A stretch of 53,870 nt of DNA from an archaeon (GTDB taxonomy: Archaea; Micrarchaeota; Micrarchaeia; Norongarragalinales; UBA97). Position numbers and translations under genes: made by a program. Where the stretch lies: NCBI GenBank assembly GCA_020057405.1, contig JAGVFW010000016.1:1-53870 (forward strand), in the 5' to 3' direction. Under the pieces are notes generated by a model, which saw only the letters and a program-made list of their open reading frames with translations, did not search any database and was not told the origin of the DNA. Positions within the stretch are counted from its first letter, which is position 1; each line of letters begins with the position of its first letter. Positions 1-8,758 of this stretch are shown in pieces.

Positions 1-27
1 CTGCCCCCTACTAGGCACTTCGGCAGG

Positions 28-35
28 TATTAAAT
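28..35 (+). promoter_or_regulatory. Archaeal TATA box (TATTAAAT) for doc/fic gene, probably leaderless
   Basis: TATA-like element ending 23 nt before the ATG at 58. Confidence 0.5.
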
Positions 36-57
36 TCTCCTAGGCAGTTAGTAGGAT

Positions 58-459
58 ATGGCTAAGGAAATCATGTATCTTTCGGCTGAGGAAGTCACAG
101 AGTTCAATGTTCTGGTGCTTGGACTACTGCGAGTGAAGAAATCCGACGCTCACAAGGTGCTTTCGAGGAAAAAGCTTGTTGACGCGCTCGAAAAGTGCCG
201 GGAATTAGAAGGAGACGTTTATTCGAAGGCGGCGCGGCTGATGCGCGAGCTATCTTCAGCCCACGCTTTTGCAAGCGGAAACAGGCGAACGGCATTCATA
301 GCCACCAAGGAATTCGTCCAACGAAACGGCGTGCGGTTTTCCATCCCGGACGACCCGGACTACGCCAAAGTAATGAGAGGAATCCGCGAAGGCAAGTACC
401 AAGACGCTGAAATTGCGGAGTGGATAGCAAATGGAAAAATCAAGCAACGAGAACGATAA
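58..459 (+). CDS. Fic/Doc family (death-on-curing-like) toxin
   Basis: HAFASGNRRTA matches the Fic/Doc motif HxFx(D/N)GNKRT; 133 aa is typical Doc size. Confidence 0.88.
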   Translation: MAKEIMYLSAEEVTEFNVLVLGLLRVKKSDAHKVLSRKKLVDALEKCRELEGDVYSKAARLMRELSSAHAFASGNRRTAFIATKEFVQRNGVRFSIPDDPDYAKVMRGIREGKYQDAEIAEWIANGKIKQRER

Positions 460-553
460 GGAACGACTCAAAGTAATCGAAGAAGAGCTGGCTAGGTTCA
501 ACAAGCTCGTTGACGGCCACAGGCGAATACTCGCAGCCATAGGCGCCCTGTAA
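431..553 (+). CDS. Unannotated 40-aa helical protein, candidate Doc antitoxin (MEKSSNENDKERLKVIEEELARFNKLVDGHRRILAAIGAL)
   Basis: Manually translated ATG431-TAA553; overlaps the 3' end of doc; amphipathic C-terminal helix resembles antitoxin tails of Doc modules. Confidence 0.6.
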   Translation: MEKSSNENDKERLKVIEEELARFNKLVDGHRRILAAIGAL

Positions 554-564
554 GCCTAGTCGGT

Positions 565-634
565 TTCGGCAATTTGCGAACTGAGCCGTTGCCTCAGTCC
601 ACGCATGCCGCACTCAACCCTAGGTTGAGTTCCC
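565..634. repeat. ~70-bp imperfect direct repeat, copy 1 (contains hairpin ACTCAACC-CTA-GGTTGAGT)
   Basis: Aligns by eye with 1679-1747 with 7 substitutions and a 1-nt indel. Confidence 0.9.
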
Positions 635-825
635 ACGGGCTTTGCACTTCGCCAAGTCTCACCTCGGCAGGACCAGCAGCTTAGGTGGTTTATAAAAACT
701 GTTTCTAATCCAGAGCATTACCATGTGCAATCTGAAGGCAATCAAGCGGGATGCAAGCAGGTTTTAGGCGCGTCATTTAAGCCATCCGATACAGTTAATA
801 ACGCAGCTTGGGTTGAGGAAGTTGT

Positions 826-1560
826 ATGTTCGGGTGGGAAACGGTCATAGGCGGCTTTTGGGACGGCATTTACATACTTGGTTTCGCGTTCCTAGGCGTC
901 TCGTTCATTCTCGCGTCGGAAGCCCTTCGACGAATGGAGAAGAAAACGCGGAAGCCTACCCATTGGCGGCTCCTATGGATTGCGGCCGCCCTCTTTCTCG
1001 TTAGGCCGGTGATGGACTCGGGGCTATTCAAGATGCTCGCCCCGGGGCTTGGCACTGTTTTTGACTCAGTCTCACTCCTGGCCGTCTTTGCCGGAAGCCT
1101 GCTTGCAATCGCGCCGATCCTCCGCTTCAAGACATTCCACCCGCGAGAGGAACTGTTGAGTGAGGCAGTCATCACGTACGCGCCGATTGGCATTATAGCG
1201 GCATACTACGCGATTCAAATCACTCCAAAAATCTACGCTGCCGCTGCGCTCGCTTTTTTCGCCGCCGCATGTGTGATAGGCTTCGGCCTGCGCATCCTCT
1301 CGTGCTTTGCGGAAACCTTCGAGCTCATCTTTTCCATCCGGAAGGTTTTCCTTGCAGCGTCGTTCCTCCTCCCGACGGCTTATGCGATTCGCGCTTATGC
1401 GCTATACGCTGTTTCGGCCTATCCCGGCGACTCCCGGCTTGAACAGGTGTTTGCCGACCTCAATGTCATAGTCATCTTCCTCGTCTTCGTTTCCGGCCTG
1501 CTTTCACTAGTGGGAATGTACACGCTTTACAAGGAAATCCTGCAGGAAAAACCAGGGTAA
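826..1560 (+). CDS. Hypothetical multi-pass membrane protein (about 7 TM)
   Basis: 244-aa ORF with repeated hydrophobic segments; ATG preceded by GAGGA. Confidence 0.75.
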   Translation: MFGWETVIGGFWDGIYILGFAFLGVSFILASEALRRMEKKTRKPTHWRLLWIAAALFLVRPVMDSGLFKMLAPGLGTVFDSVSLLAVFAGSLLAIAPILRFKTFHPREELLSEAVITYAPIGIIAAYYAIQITPKIYAAAALAFFAAACVIGFGLRILSCFAETFELIFSIRKVFLAASFLLPTAYAIRAYALYAVSAYPGDSRLEQVFADLNVIVIFLVFVSGLLSLVGMYTLYKEILQEKPG

Positions 1561-1678
1561 CGGGTGTTTCAGGCGCCGTCTTCCAGCACCTCCCCGCGCA
1601 GTCTATGGCATTTTGGCGGCTTGCCGGCCGCTCTGACCGTGCAGGGTAGAGCGCGGTCGCGAAGTCCCCCCCCCCCGA

Positions 1679-1747
1679 TTCAGCAGTTTGCGAACAAGCC
1701 GTCGTCTCAGTCCACGCAGGCCGCACTCGACCCTAGGTTGAGTTCCC
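1679..1747. repeat. ~70-bp imperfect direct repeat, copy 2, preceded by a C11 tract (1666-1676)
   Basis: TTCAGCAGTTTGCGAACAAGCCGTCGTCTCAGTCCACGCAGGCCGCACTCGACCCTAGGTTGAGTTCCC matches 565-634. Confidence 0.9.
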
Positions 1748-1760
1748 TAAATCGCTTTAC

Positions 1761-4433
1761 TTATTTCTTGCCTTTCCGGTTTCTTTTCTTTTGCCGTCCA
1801 AACACGAGATAGCTCGTGGCCAGCACGAGAATTGAAATAACTGCAGCATATACTATCGAATAATTAGAGGTTTGCTCTTGACTGCGTTTACTCACCGTAA
1901 GCTTGGTTTCAAGTTGCGCACTAGCCTGATCCAGCAAAGAAACTGCGCCGGCATAATCGCCTGCTTGCGTCAAACGACCGGCCAAGCTGATGATCTGCTG
2001 CACACTATCCACTTCAAGGCCGCGGGATACAGCTTCCCGTAGCTTGGTGTTGACGGCTGCAAGCGCTTTGCCGTAATCTTTAGCGGAGTTGGACTGATTC
2101 GATGGAGGAGTAGGCAAAATTGTCGGGTACTGAACGGGTTTGAAAGAGGGAGTTGGCTCAAGAGAGGGAGTCGGCTTTGGAGTTGACAATAAAGCAGAGG
2201 TTGGCGAAGGCGTCGGGGTTGGCATCGGAGTAGGAGTTGAATGGCTGTAACCACCTCCGCCGCCACCATAAGAATTGCCTGAACCGCCTGATGGCGTGGG
2301 GGATGGCGAGGGCGTTACGGGGGTCAGGGGAACATAATCCATCACCGCGTCAGAGACTTTCCCTAACGAAACAGCTCCATCATACGCCGTCGTCCCGATA
2401 TAGAGGCCAGGAAAGCCTATTGACGGAATAGTACCAATTTCAAGAATGGCACCACTAATCACATTTTGCCAGATGTTACCCTCGTTCTGCCCGCCTGCGG
2501 AAGAATTGTAGTAATTGCCGCCGTCATCGTCCTGCACGTAATAGCCGGCGGTGTCGGTGAAATTGTTCCAGTAAAACGTGTTTTCCGCATTGCCAGCGTA
2601 TATCACTACAAGGTTGCCGGCGCCGTTTTGAGAGATGAACGTGTTGTTGGCGAATGTCGAGTACGATGCAAACAGGTAGGCTACTGACGAGCCAGTGTTG
2701 CTCGAAAAAACGCTTGCCGTAAAGTTATTTGAAAGGCCGTCTTCGATTTGTAAAGCGTAACCCGAATCTGACGAGGCGTTGGCGCGGCTGAAGTTATTTT
2801 CCGAACCAGTTAGATATATTCCGTCGCCACTAGTGGATGCAGATTGCAGGCCGTAAAAACTGTTTCGGGAACCGCTGACGAAAACGCCAACGTCAGAACC
2901 GGACGTCGCGTTCACTGCAGTAAAGTTTTCGTACGAACCGATTACGTTAATGCTCGTGCCGTCGCTAGCAACCGAACTGGCGTGGCTAAAGGTGTTGTTT
3001 GAACCGTAGAGGTAGATGCTCGCTGCGCCAAGTGACGACAAGGCAGCCAGTTGGACGAAATTGTTGCCCGTCCCATCCACATACAGGGCAGTCCCGGAGT
3101 TTGACGTCGCGTTTATTCCCGAAAAATTATTGTCCGAACCCTCCACGAACAGCGCGTCGTTGCCGTCGGCGGCAGTTGCATTGACTGATTGAAAGCTGTT
3201 GCCATTGCCTTCTACGTAAATCCCCGGCTGCTCTCCGGCTGCCCACGCGCTTATTTCACTAAAACTGCTGTTATCCGCTTCGACAAAAAAAGCAATGTCG
3301 GAGCTTGAGTTTGCGGTTACCTTGGAAAAATTGTGGTACGAACGCTCAACAAATATCCCGTAGTATAGCTCCGAAATTCCAGTGACATTGTACAAGTAAT
3401 TGTACCTGCCCTCGATGACGAGCCCGCCGCGTTCCTCAAAATCGGCATCAGTTTGGGTCGAAACGGCAGTGGTGTTGATTATCGACCCGTTGCGCTCGGG
3501 CCCATCGAAGTAAATCCCTATGCCGAAACCGGTTATGAAGCAGTTCTTGATCGTGGTGTTAACGCTCATCGAAATGATGCCGGCGTGCACTGAATGATGC
3601 TCGCCTATTATCGAATACCCCGCGCAGTCTATGGTGACATTATCCGCGCCGACGCCAAAACACACGCCGTTGCTCTCGTTGATATCCTCAGTAAGCGTGT
3701 AGACCGTGTTAGGCACGTCCAGCTCTGTGCAGAAGTGGACAGAGTCATTAGCCGCTGTGAGCGGCGCGTAGTCCGTAACTGAAAACACCTTGCCAAGCGA
3801 AGCGGAGTCATTGTAGGGAACGGCACCGTTGGTCCCAATAAAGAGCGGCAAAAGCGTGGAAGCAGTCGTGCCCCACACGTGGACAATGCCGTCCTCGACC
3901 TCGTCGTAGAAATTGCCCTGGTTTAGCCCCTCGACTGTGGCATTGAAGAGATTCAAGCCGGCCGCGTCGTAGGCGTAATAGCCGGGCGAGTCTGCAAAAA
4001 AGTTCAGGGTAATCGTGTTGTTTGAGGAATTGGCGTCAAGGTATAGCTCGACCGTGTCGCCCTCAAAGGTGTTGCGCGTCACCGTGTTGTTGGACGCGTT
4101 GCTTAAGTAAAAGCCGTATTCGACATTGGCGACAGTATTCCTTGAAACCACTCCCCCAGTAGTGCCGTCGAACTCGATGCCGGTCTCAAACGTCGATAGC
4201 GTACAGTTTTTGACGGTTGTATTGAATTGCGTTGAGACAACGCCGATGCCGGACGCGTTTCCCGTAATCGAAAAGCCATTGCAATCAAGCGTCACGTTGT
4301 CGGCAGTCACGTTCATGCACGTGCCGGTGGCAGCGACACCCGCAGTCAACTGGTAAAAGGCATTTGATTCATTAAGCGGCCTGCATTCGCTTACGCCAAG
4401 GGCCTCGACACTGAAACAAAATCCGATAAGCAA
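1761..4433 (-). CDS. Surface protein with right-handed parallel beta-helix (NosD/PbH1-like) repeats, Pro/Thr/Ser linker and C-terminal TM anchor; true start may be ATA at 4460
   Basis: Asn-rich G(I/F)Y...NNT beta-helix repeats; two ADNVT(L/I)DCxGxSIxG modules; PTPSP linker; C-terminal hydrophobic helix followed by RQKKRNRKGKK. Confidence 0.85.
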   Translation of the reverse strand: MLIGFCFSVEALGVSECRPLNESNAFYQLTAGVAATGTCMNVTADNVTLDCNGFSITGNASGIGVVSTQFNTTVKNCTLSTFETGIEFDGTTGGVVSRNTVANVEYGFYLSNASNNTVTRNTFEGDTVELYLDANSSNNTITLNFFADSPGYYAYDAAGLNLFNATVEGLNQGNFYDEVEDGIVHVWGTTASTLLPLFIGTNGAVPYNDSASLGKVFSVTDYAPLTAANDSVHFCTELDVPNTVYTLTEDINESNGVCFGVGADNVTIDCAGYSIIGEHHSVHAGIISMSVNTTIKNCFITGFGIGIYFDGPERNGSIINTTAVSTQTDADFEERGGLVIEGRYNYLYNVTGISELYYGIFVERSYHNFSKVTANSSSDIAFFVEADNSSFSEISAWAAGEQPGIYVEGNGNSFQSVNATAADGNDALFVEGSDNNFSGINATSNSGTALYVDGTGNNFVQLAALSSLGAASIYLYGSNNTFSHASSVASDGTSINVIGSYENFTAVNATSGSDVGVFVSGSRNSFYGLQSASTSGDGIYLTGSENNFSRANASSDSGYALQIEDGLSNNFTASVFSSNTGSSVAYLFASYSTFANNTFISQNGAGNLVVIYAGNAENTFYWNNFTDTAGYYVQDDDGGNYYNSSAGGQNEGNIWQNVISGAILEIGTIPSIGFPGLYIGTTAYDGAVSLGKVSDAVMDYVPLTPVTPSPSPTPSGGSGNSYGGGGGGYSHSTPTPMPTPTPSPTSALLSTPKPTPSLEPTPSFKPVQYPTILPTPPSNQSNSAKDYGKALAAVNTKLREAVSRGLEVDSVQQIISLAGRLTQAGDYAGAVSLLDQASAQLETKLTVSKRSQEQTSNYSIVYAAVISILVLATSYLVFGRQKKRNRKGKK

Positions 4434-4657
4434 TACTGCTAAAACGAACTTCTTCCGTATTTACAACACAAAGGTATACGGCGAAGAAGCATATGCCTGC
4501 AGGCTATCTAAATAGAAAGCCAGTTGAAGCCCGAATTGGCTTTTTCTTTCGTCATCGCCGGCTTTACTCAGCTTCACACCAATAGCCGTTTGCCATTTGT
4601 TGCCAATATAAAACCGTTGCGGGCAAAACTACCTCGGGGATTATTTCACGGTGGTTT

Positions 4658-7600
4658 ATGTTGCTAAAGAATCGGTTACTCGACTTGAAGAACAAGCTCG
4701 TCAACATTGACAAGCGCAACACGAGCCTGCTGCTTAGGCGCAGCTTTGTCAAGACGCACTTCGACCTCGCGAAGCTCGCGGTACTTGAAAAGAGGCTGCC
4801 GGAAAAGGTGGTGTCAAGCCTCCTGCAGTCCAAAGGCATCGTGCCTGTAAAGTCAAGCCACCGGGGGCCCCAAGCCGAGAACTTGCGCCACCTCATCACC
4901 ACTTTAAGAAACGAGTCCGACTTTATCGAGGCCGAGAACGGCAGCTACGAAGTGTGCCTCGGCTGGCCTTTCGTCGAAGGCACTTTCTCTAACGGCGACT
5001 ACTTCCGCTGCCCGCTTTTGCTCATTCCCGTGCGCCTGAAAACCGACCTCGGAAGGCAGGCAATTGAAATAGAGCCCGACGAACACCGCGCAGTCAGGCT
5101 AAACCGCACTTTCCTGCTTGCCGTCCAGAAAAACGACGGAATGAAGGCGACGCAAGAGGACGCAAGCGAACTTGACGCGGTCCCCGGCCTTGACGGCCTG
5201 ATGGCATCGTCGCCAGAGCACGTCATCAAGCAGGTGCTCGACCTTTACGCCAACCACAAGATTGCATTCGAGAAGGGAGAGCCAACGGCCGAAGTAGTCG
5301 AGATGCTTAACGCCCCGCCGTCAAAGGACCCCAAGCGCCGCTACCCCTTCAGGGTACTGCCTCATGCGGTAATTGGGCAGTTTTCACAGGCGGCCACAAG
5401 CATATTGGCCGACTTTGACGAGCTTCTAAAGGAACCGCCCTCTGCCGGTAAGCTCGCCGAACTCGTGGGCGGGGAAAAGCCGGCGGCAAAGATGGAGCTG
5501 CAGGAACAAGAGCTCGAGAAAGACCGGTTCTACGTTTGCGAGACAGACCACAGCCAGGAGAAAACAATCGAAGCGAGCAGAAGCGGCCGCGACGTGCTCA
5601 TCCAGGGCCCTCCCGGCACCGGCAAGTCACAGGTGATTGCCAACCTCGTTGCCGACAACCTTGCCCGCGGCAAACGCGTGCTCATCGTGTGCGAAAAGCG
5701 CGCGGCTCTCGACGTCGTCTACCGCAGGCTGCACAAGGCCGGGCTCTCACAGTTCCTCCAGCTCGTCCACGACCCCGGAGTCGACCGCGACGCGGTCTAC
5801 GATAAGACGCGCCACATGCTCGAACACTACGCGCTTTCCAAGCCCGAGCAAGTCGAGCGAGAACTGCAGGCGGCTTCAGACGAAATCACCGAAGCGGCCG
5901 GGCAGCTTAACGGCTACGCGACCCAGCTGCACGCGAAGACCGACTGCGGCTACAGCCTCTTTGAGCTTTACCGCCTTGCCGCAGCAAATGCCAGGACGCA
6001 GCTCGACCTTACTAGCATCGCCCCGACTTTCACGGGTGCAAACTTTAGTGCATTCAAGGCCAAGGCGGCGCTTTTGCTGCCCCTTGAGCAAAAGTACGCA
6101 GGGCCAAACAATCCCGGCCGGCACAGAAAGCTGTTTTCCAAGCTAGACAAGCAGCAAGTCGACGCGCTCATCGAACAGTCCAGCGAACTAATTCACGCTT
6201 CAGACGCCCTTGCACAACTTGCAAAAGGCCTCGGGCTTCAGCCGGGCCACAAGGCGCTTGAGGCACTCGAGCGCAAGCACAAGGCGCTATCCAGTTTCAA
6301 GAGCAGGGGACTCCTTGGGGGCATCATGGCCGCAATCAGCGGGCGCGACTCAACTCTATTGGAAATCGCCAGGACGCACGGCGAGGACTCAAAAGAAACT
6401 GTTAACGAGCTAAAGCGCCTGCTTGAGCGGGGCGGGGAACACTTGCCCCAAAGCACGCTCAAGTCCGCGCGTGCGATGCACGAACTATTCCTCACGGTTG
6501 AGGCGGCCGCAACGTGCAGCGCCGCCCTTGAGAAGTTGCGCAAGTTCTACGACGCTAAGCTAATCGACGGCTGGCAGGCCCAAGTGCGTGGCCTAGCGCT
6601 ACCGCTTGCAGACATCGAGAGGCTGCCGCACAAGCAAAAGTCAGTTGACGAGATTCAGGCGCTTGAACGCAAGCTTGCCGAATGCAGCGTCGGGGAAAGG
6701 CAGCTCTTGTCAATTGCACTTTCAAAAATGCCGGGCGCCCCAAGCGACGACGTTGTCGCCGCAATCGGAAAGTCGCTTGCGCAAGACTGGATAGCGATTG
6801 CGGAGCAGAAAATGTCGGCGGTACGCGAACTTGACAACAAGGCGTACCTGCAGGCGAGGCGCAGCCTTGCCTCGGCCATCGAGCGCAAGGCAAAACTCGT
6901 GCCAAGGCACATCGCGAAGGAATGGACCGAGCGAATTGCCGAGCCCGTGCTCTTTGACTGGGGCGCGGCAAGCAAGGGAGACGCGTCATCGCTCGTCGGG
7001 TGGCTGCGCGAGCGGCACCGCGGGTGGCTAGAGTGGCAGCGGGCCAAGGCAAACAACGAAACGCTGGGCGAAATAACGCTGACCGACGGCTATCACGACG
7101 TGACGGTAGTGAGCAACCCAGTCAACGGCGGCATCCAACTCACTTATTCCTCATTTGTCTACACTCCCGACAATTCGTCGAGCCACAAGCGCGAGTACGA
7201 GGACTTCGTGCCGTGCACAATCGCGCGCGAAGGCGATACCCTGATAGTGCGCGCGAAGGGACCCGAGTATTCGGGCATAGTGCACGAGGTGTCAAAAAAG
7301 AGGATGCGCTGGACTCTGCGCAAGTTCGTGTCTGAGTTCGGCTCCCGCGGGCTCTTCGAACTGTTTCCAGTCTGGCTCTGCTCGCCTGAGACCGTCTCGG
7401 CAATACTCCCGCTTAAGCAGGGCTTTTTTGATTGCGTGATTTTCGACGAGGCGTCGCAGTGCCCCGTCGAGAAGGCCGCGCCGTCAATCCACAGGGCAAA
7501 GACGGTAGTCGTCGCTGGCGACGACAAGCAGCTGCCGCCTTTTGACATGTTCCGCCGCTACTACTTCGAGGAAGGCGGTGACGGCCTCGAAGAAGAGTAC

Positions 7601-8758
7601 GACGAGGGCGACGAGATAGTCAAGAGCGAGAGCCTGCTTCATGGCTCGGCACGCTACCAGTACAACCCGCTCATGTGGCACTACCGCTCGAAGCACGAGT
7701 CGCTCATCCGCTTCTCAAACGCCGCGTTCTACCACAACCGGCTGCAGACGATGCCGAATTCGCAGAAGGACACTAACGCATTTGAGTGGGTTTCTGTCGC
7801 CGGCACTTGGGAAAAGCGGCGCAACCACGCCGAGGCGGAGAAAGTCGTCGAGCTTGTGACGCAACTGCTTGAAAAGCCGGTCCACCCGTCCATCGGCATC
7901 ATCACGTTTAACTCCGAGCAACGCGACTTAATCCAAAGCAAGCTTGACGCGAAGGCCCGCTATGACTCCGACTTCGCCATCAAGTACGAGCGCGAGAAGG
8001 CCCGCAAGGAAAACGAGGAACTGCTCAACATTTTCGTAAAAAACATCGAGAACGTGCAGGGCGACGAGCGCGATTACATCATCTTCTCAATTGCTTATGC
8101 CCCGGGAGTCGAGGGCGACTTGAGGCACCAGTTCGGCAGTTTAAGCGCCCAGGGCGGGGAGAACCGCCTCAACGTCGCAATCAGCAGGGCGAAGGAAAAA
8201 GTCATCATCGTAGCGTCAATAGAGCCCACGCAGCTCAAAGTCGATGCGGTCGCCAACGATGGGCCCAAGCTTCTCAAGAAATACCTGCAATACGCCAGGG
8301 CGGTTGCCGGCGGCGACAGGCGCAGGGCCGACGAGATAATCGACGCGCTTTCGCCGCGACAGGCGCTCTCCCCGCAGGCAGAGGTGGGAAGTGCATTTGA
8401 GGCAGATGTTGCCCGCGAGCTAGAGAAGCTGGGCTACAAGATTGAGATGCGCGTGGGCGCATCGAAATACGGCGTTGACTTGGCAATCATCGACCCGAAG
8501 AACTCTGGGCGGTACGCCCTCGGCATCGAACTAGACGGCGAGAGCTACTTCGGCGCGCCGAGTGCAAACGAGCGTGACGTCTACCGCCCGCGCTTTCTCA
8601 AGAACCTTGGCTGGAGTATGCACCGCATATCAAGCCGCGACTGGTGGCTTGACAGACAAGGCGTGCTGAAGGAAATCAGGGAAAAAATCAAGGCTGGAAG
8701 CCCGAAGACAGTTGAGAATATTGCGGCTGACCCAGCTGCAAGCTCCATCACACCTTAG
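4658..8758 (+). CDS. DUF4011 + SF1 (Upf1/Dna2-like) helicase + C-terminal Vsr/MTES_1575-like nuclease; Hhe-like defence protein
   Basis: N-terminal KLVNIDKRNTSL and CPLLLIPV (DUF4011-like); GPPGTGKSQ, IFDEASQ, GDDKQLPP, WHYRS, NVQGDERD, RLNVAISRA; C-terminal VDLAI..GIELDG..ERD..R..LGW..RI.S.DWW. Confidence 0.85.
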   Translation: MLLKNRLLDLKNKLVNIDKRNTSLLLRRSFVKTHFDLAKLAVLEKRLPEKVVSSLLQSKGIVPVKSSHRGPQAENLRHLITTLRNESDFIEAENGSYEVCLGWPFVEGTFSNGDYFRCPLLLIPVRLKTDLGRQAIEIEPDEHRAVRLNRTFLLAVQKNDGMKATQEDASELDAVPGLDGLMASSPEHVIKQVLDLYANHKIAFEKGEPTAEVVEMLNAPPSKDPKRRYPFRVLPHAVIGQFSQAATSILADFDELLKEPPSAGKLAELVGGEKPAAKMELQEQELEKDRFYVCETDHSQEKTIEASRSGRDVLIQGPPGTGKSQVIANLVADNLARGKRVLIVCEKRAALDVVYRRLHKAGLSQFLQLVHDPGVDRDAVYDKTRHMLEHYALSKPEQVERELQAASDEITEAAGQLNGYATQLHAKTDCGYSLFELYRLAAANARTQLDLTSIAPTFTGANFSAFKAKAALLLPLEQKYAGPNNPGRHRKLFSKLDKQQVDALIEQSSELIHASDALAQLAKGLGLQPGHKALEALERKHKALSSFKSRGLLGGIMAAISGRDSTLLEIARTHGEDSKETVNELKRLLERGGEHLPQSTLKSARAMHELFLTVEAAATCSAALEKLRKFYDAKLIDGWQAQVRGLALPLADIERLPHKQKSVDEIQALERKLAECSVGERQLLSIALSKMPGAPSDDVVAAIGKSLAQDWIAIAEQKMSAVRELDNKAYLQARRSLASAIERKAKLVPRHIAKEWTERIAEPVLFDWGAASKGDASSLVGWLRERHRGWLEWQRAKANNETLGEITLTDGYHDVTVVSNPVNGGIQLTYSSFVYTPDNSSSHKREYEDFVPCTIAREGDTLIVRAKGPEYSGIVHEVSKKRMRWTLRKFVSEFGSRGLFELFPVWLCSPETVSAILPLKQGFFDCVIFDEASQCPVEKAAPSIHRAKTVVVAGDDKQLPPFDMFRRYYFEEGGDGLEEEYDEGDEIVKSESLLHGSARYQYNPLMWHYRSKHESLIRFSNAAFYHNRLQTMPNSQKDTNAFEWVSVAGTWEKRRNHAEAEKVVELVTQLLEKPVHPSIGIITFNSEQRDLIQSKLDAKARYDSDFAIKYEREKARKENEELLNIFVKNIENVQGDERDYIIFSIAYAPGVEGDLRHQFGSLSAQGGENRLNVAISRAKEKVIIVASIEPTQLKVDAVANDGPKLLKKYLQYARAVAGGDRRRADEIIDALSPRQALSPQAEVGSAFEADVARELEKLGYKIEMRVGASKYGVDLAIIDPKNSGRYALGIELDGESYFGAPSANERDVYRPRFLKNLGWSMHRISSRDWWLDRQGVLKEIREKIKAGSPKTVENIAADPAASSITP

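Noticed and set aside
565-634. Hammerhead ribozyme or tRNA in the 70-bp repeat
   Set aside because: The CUGAnGA/GAAA core is incomplete on both strands and not conserved in copy 2; no cloverleaf or T-loop
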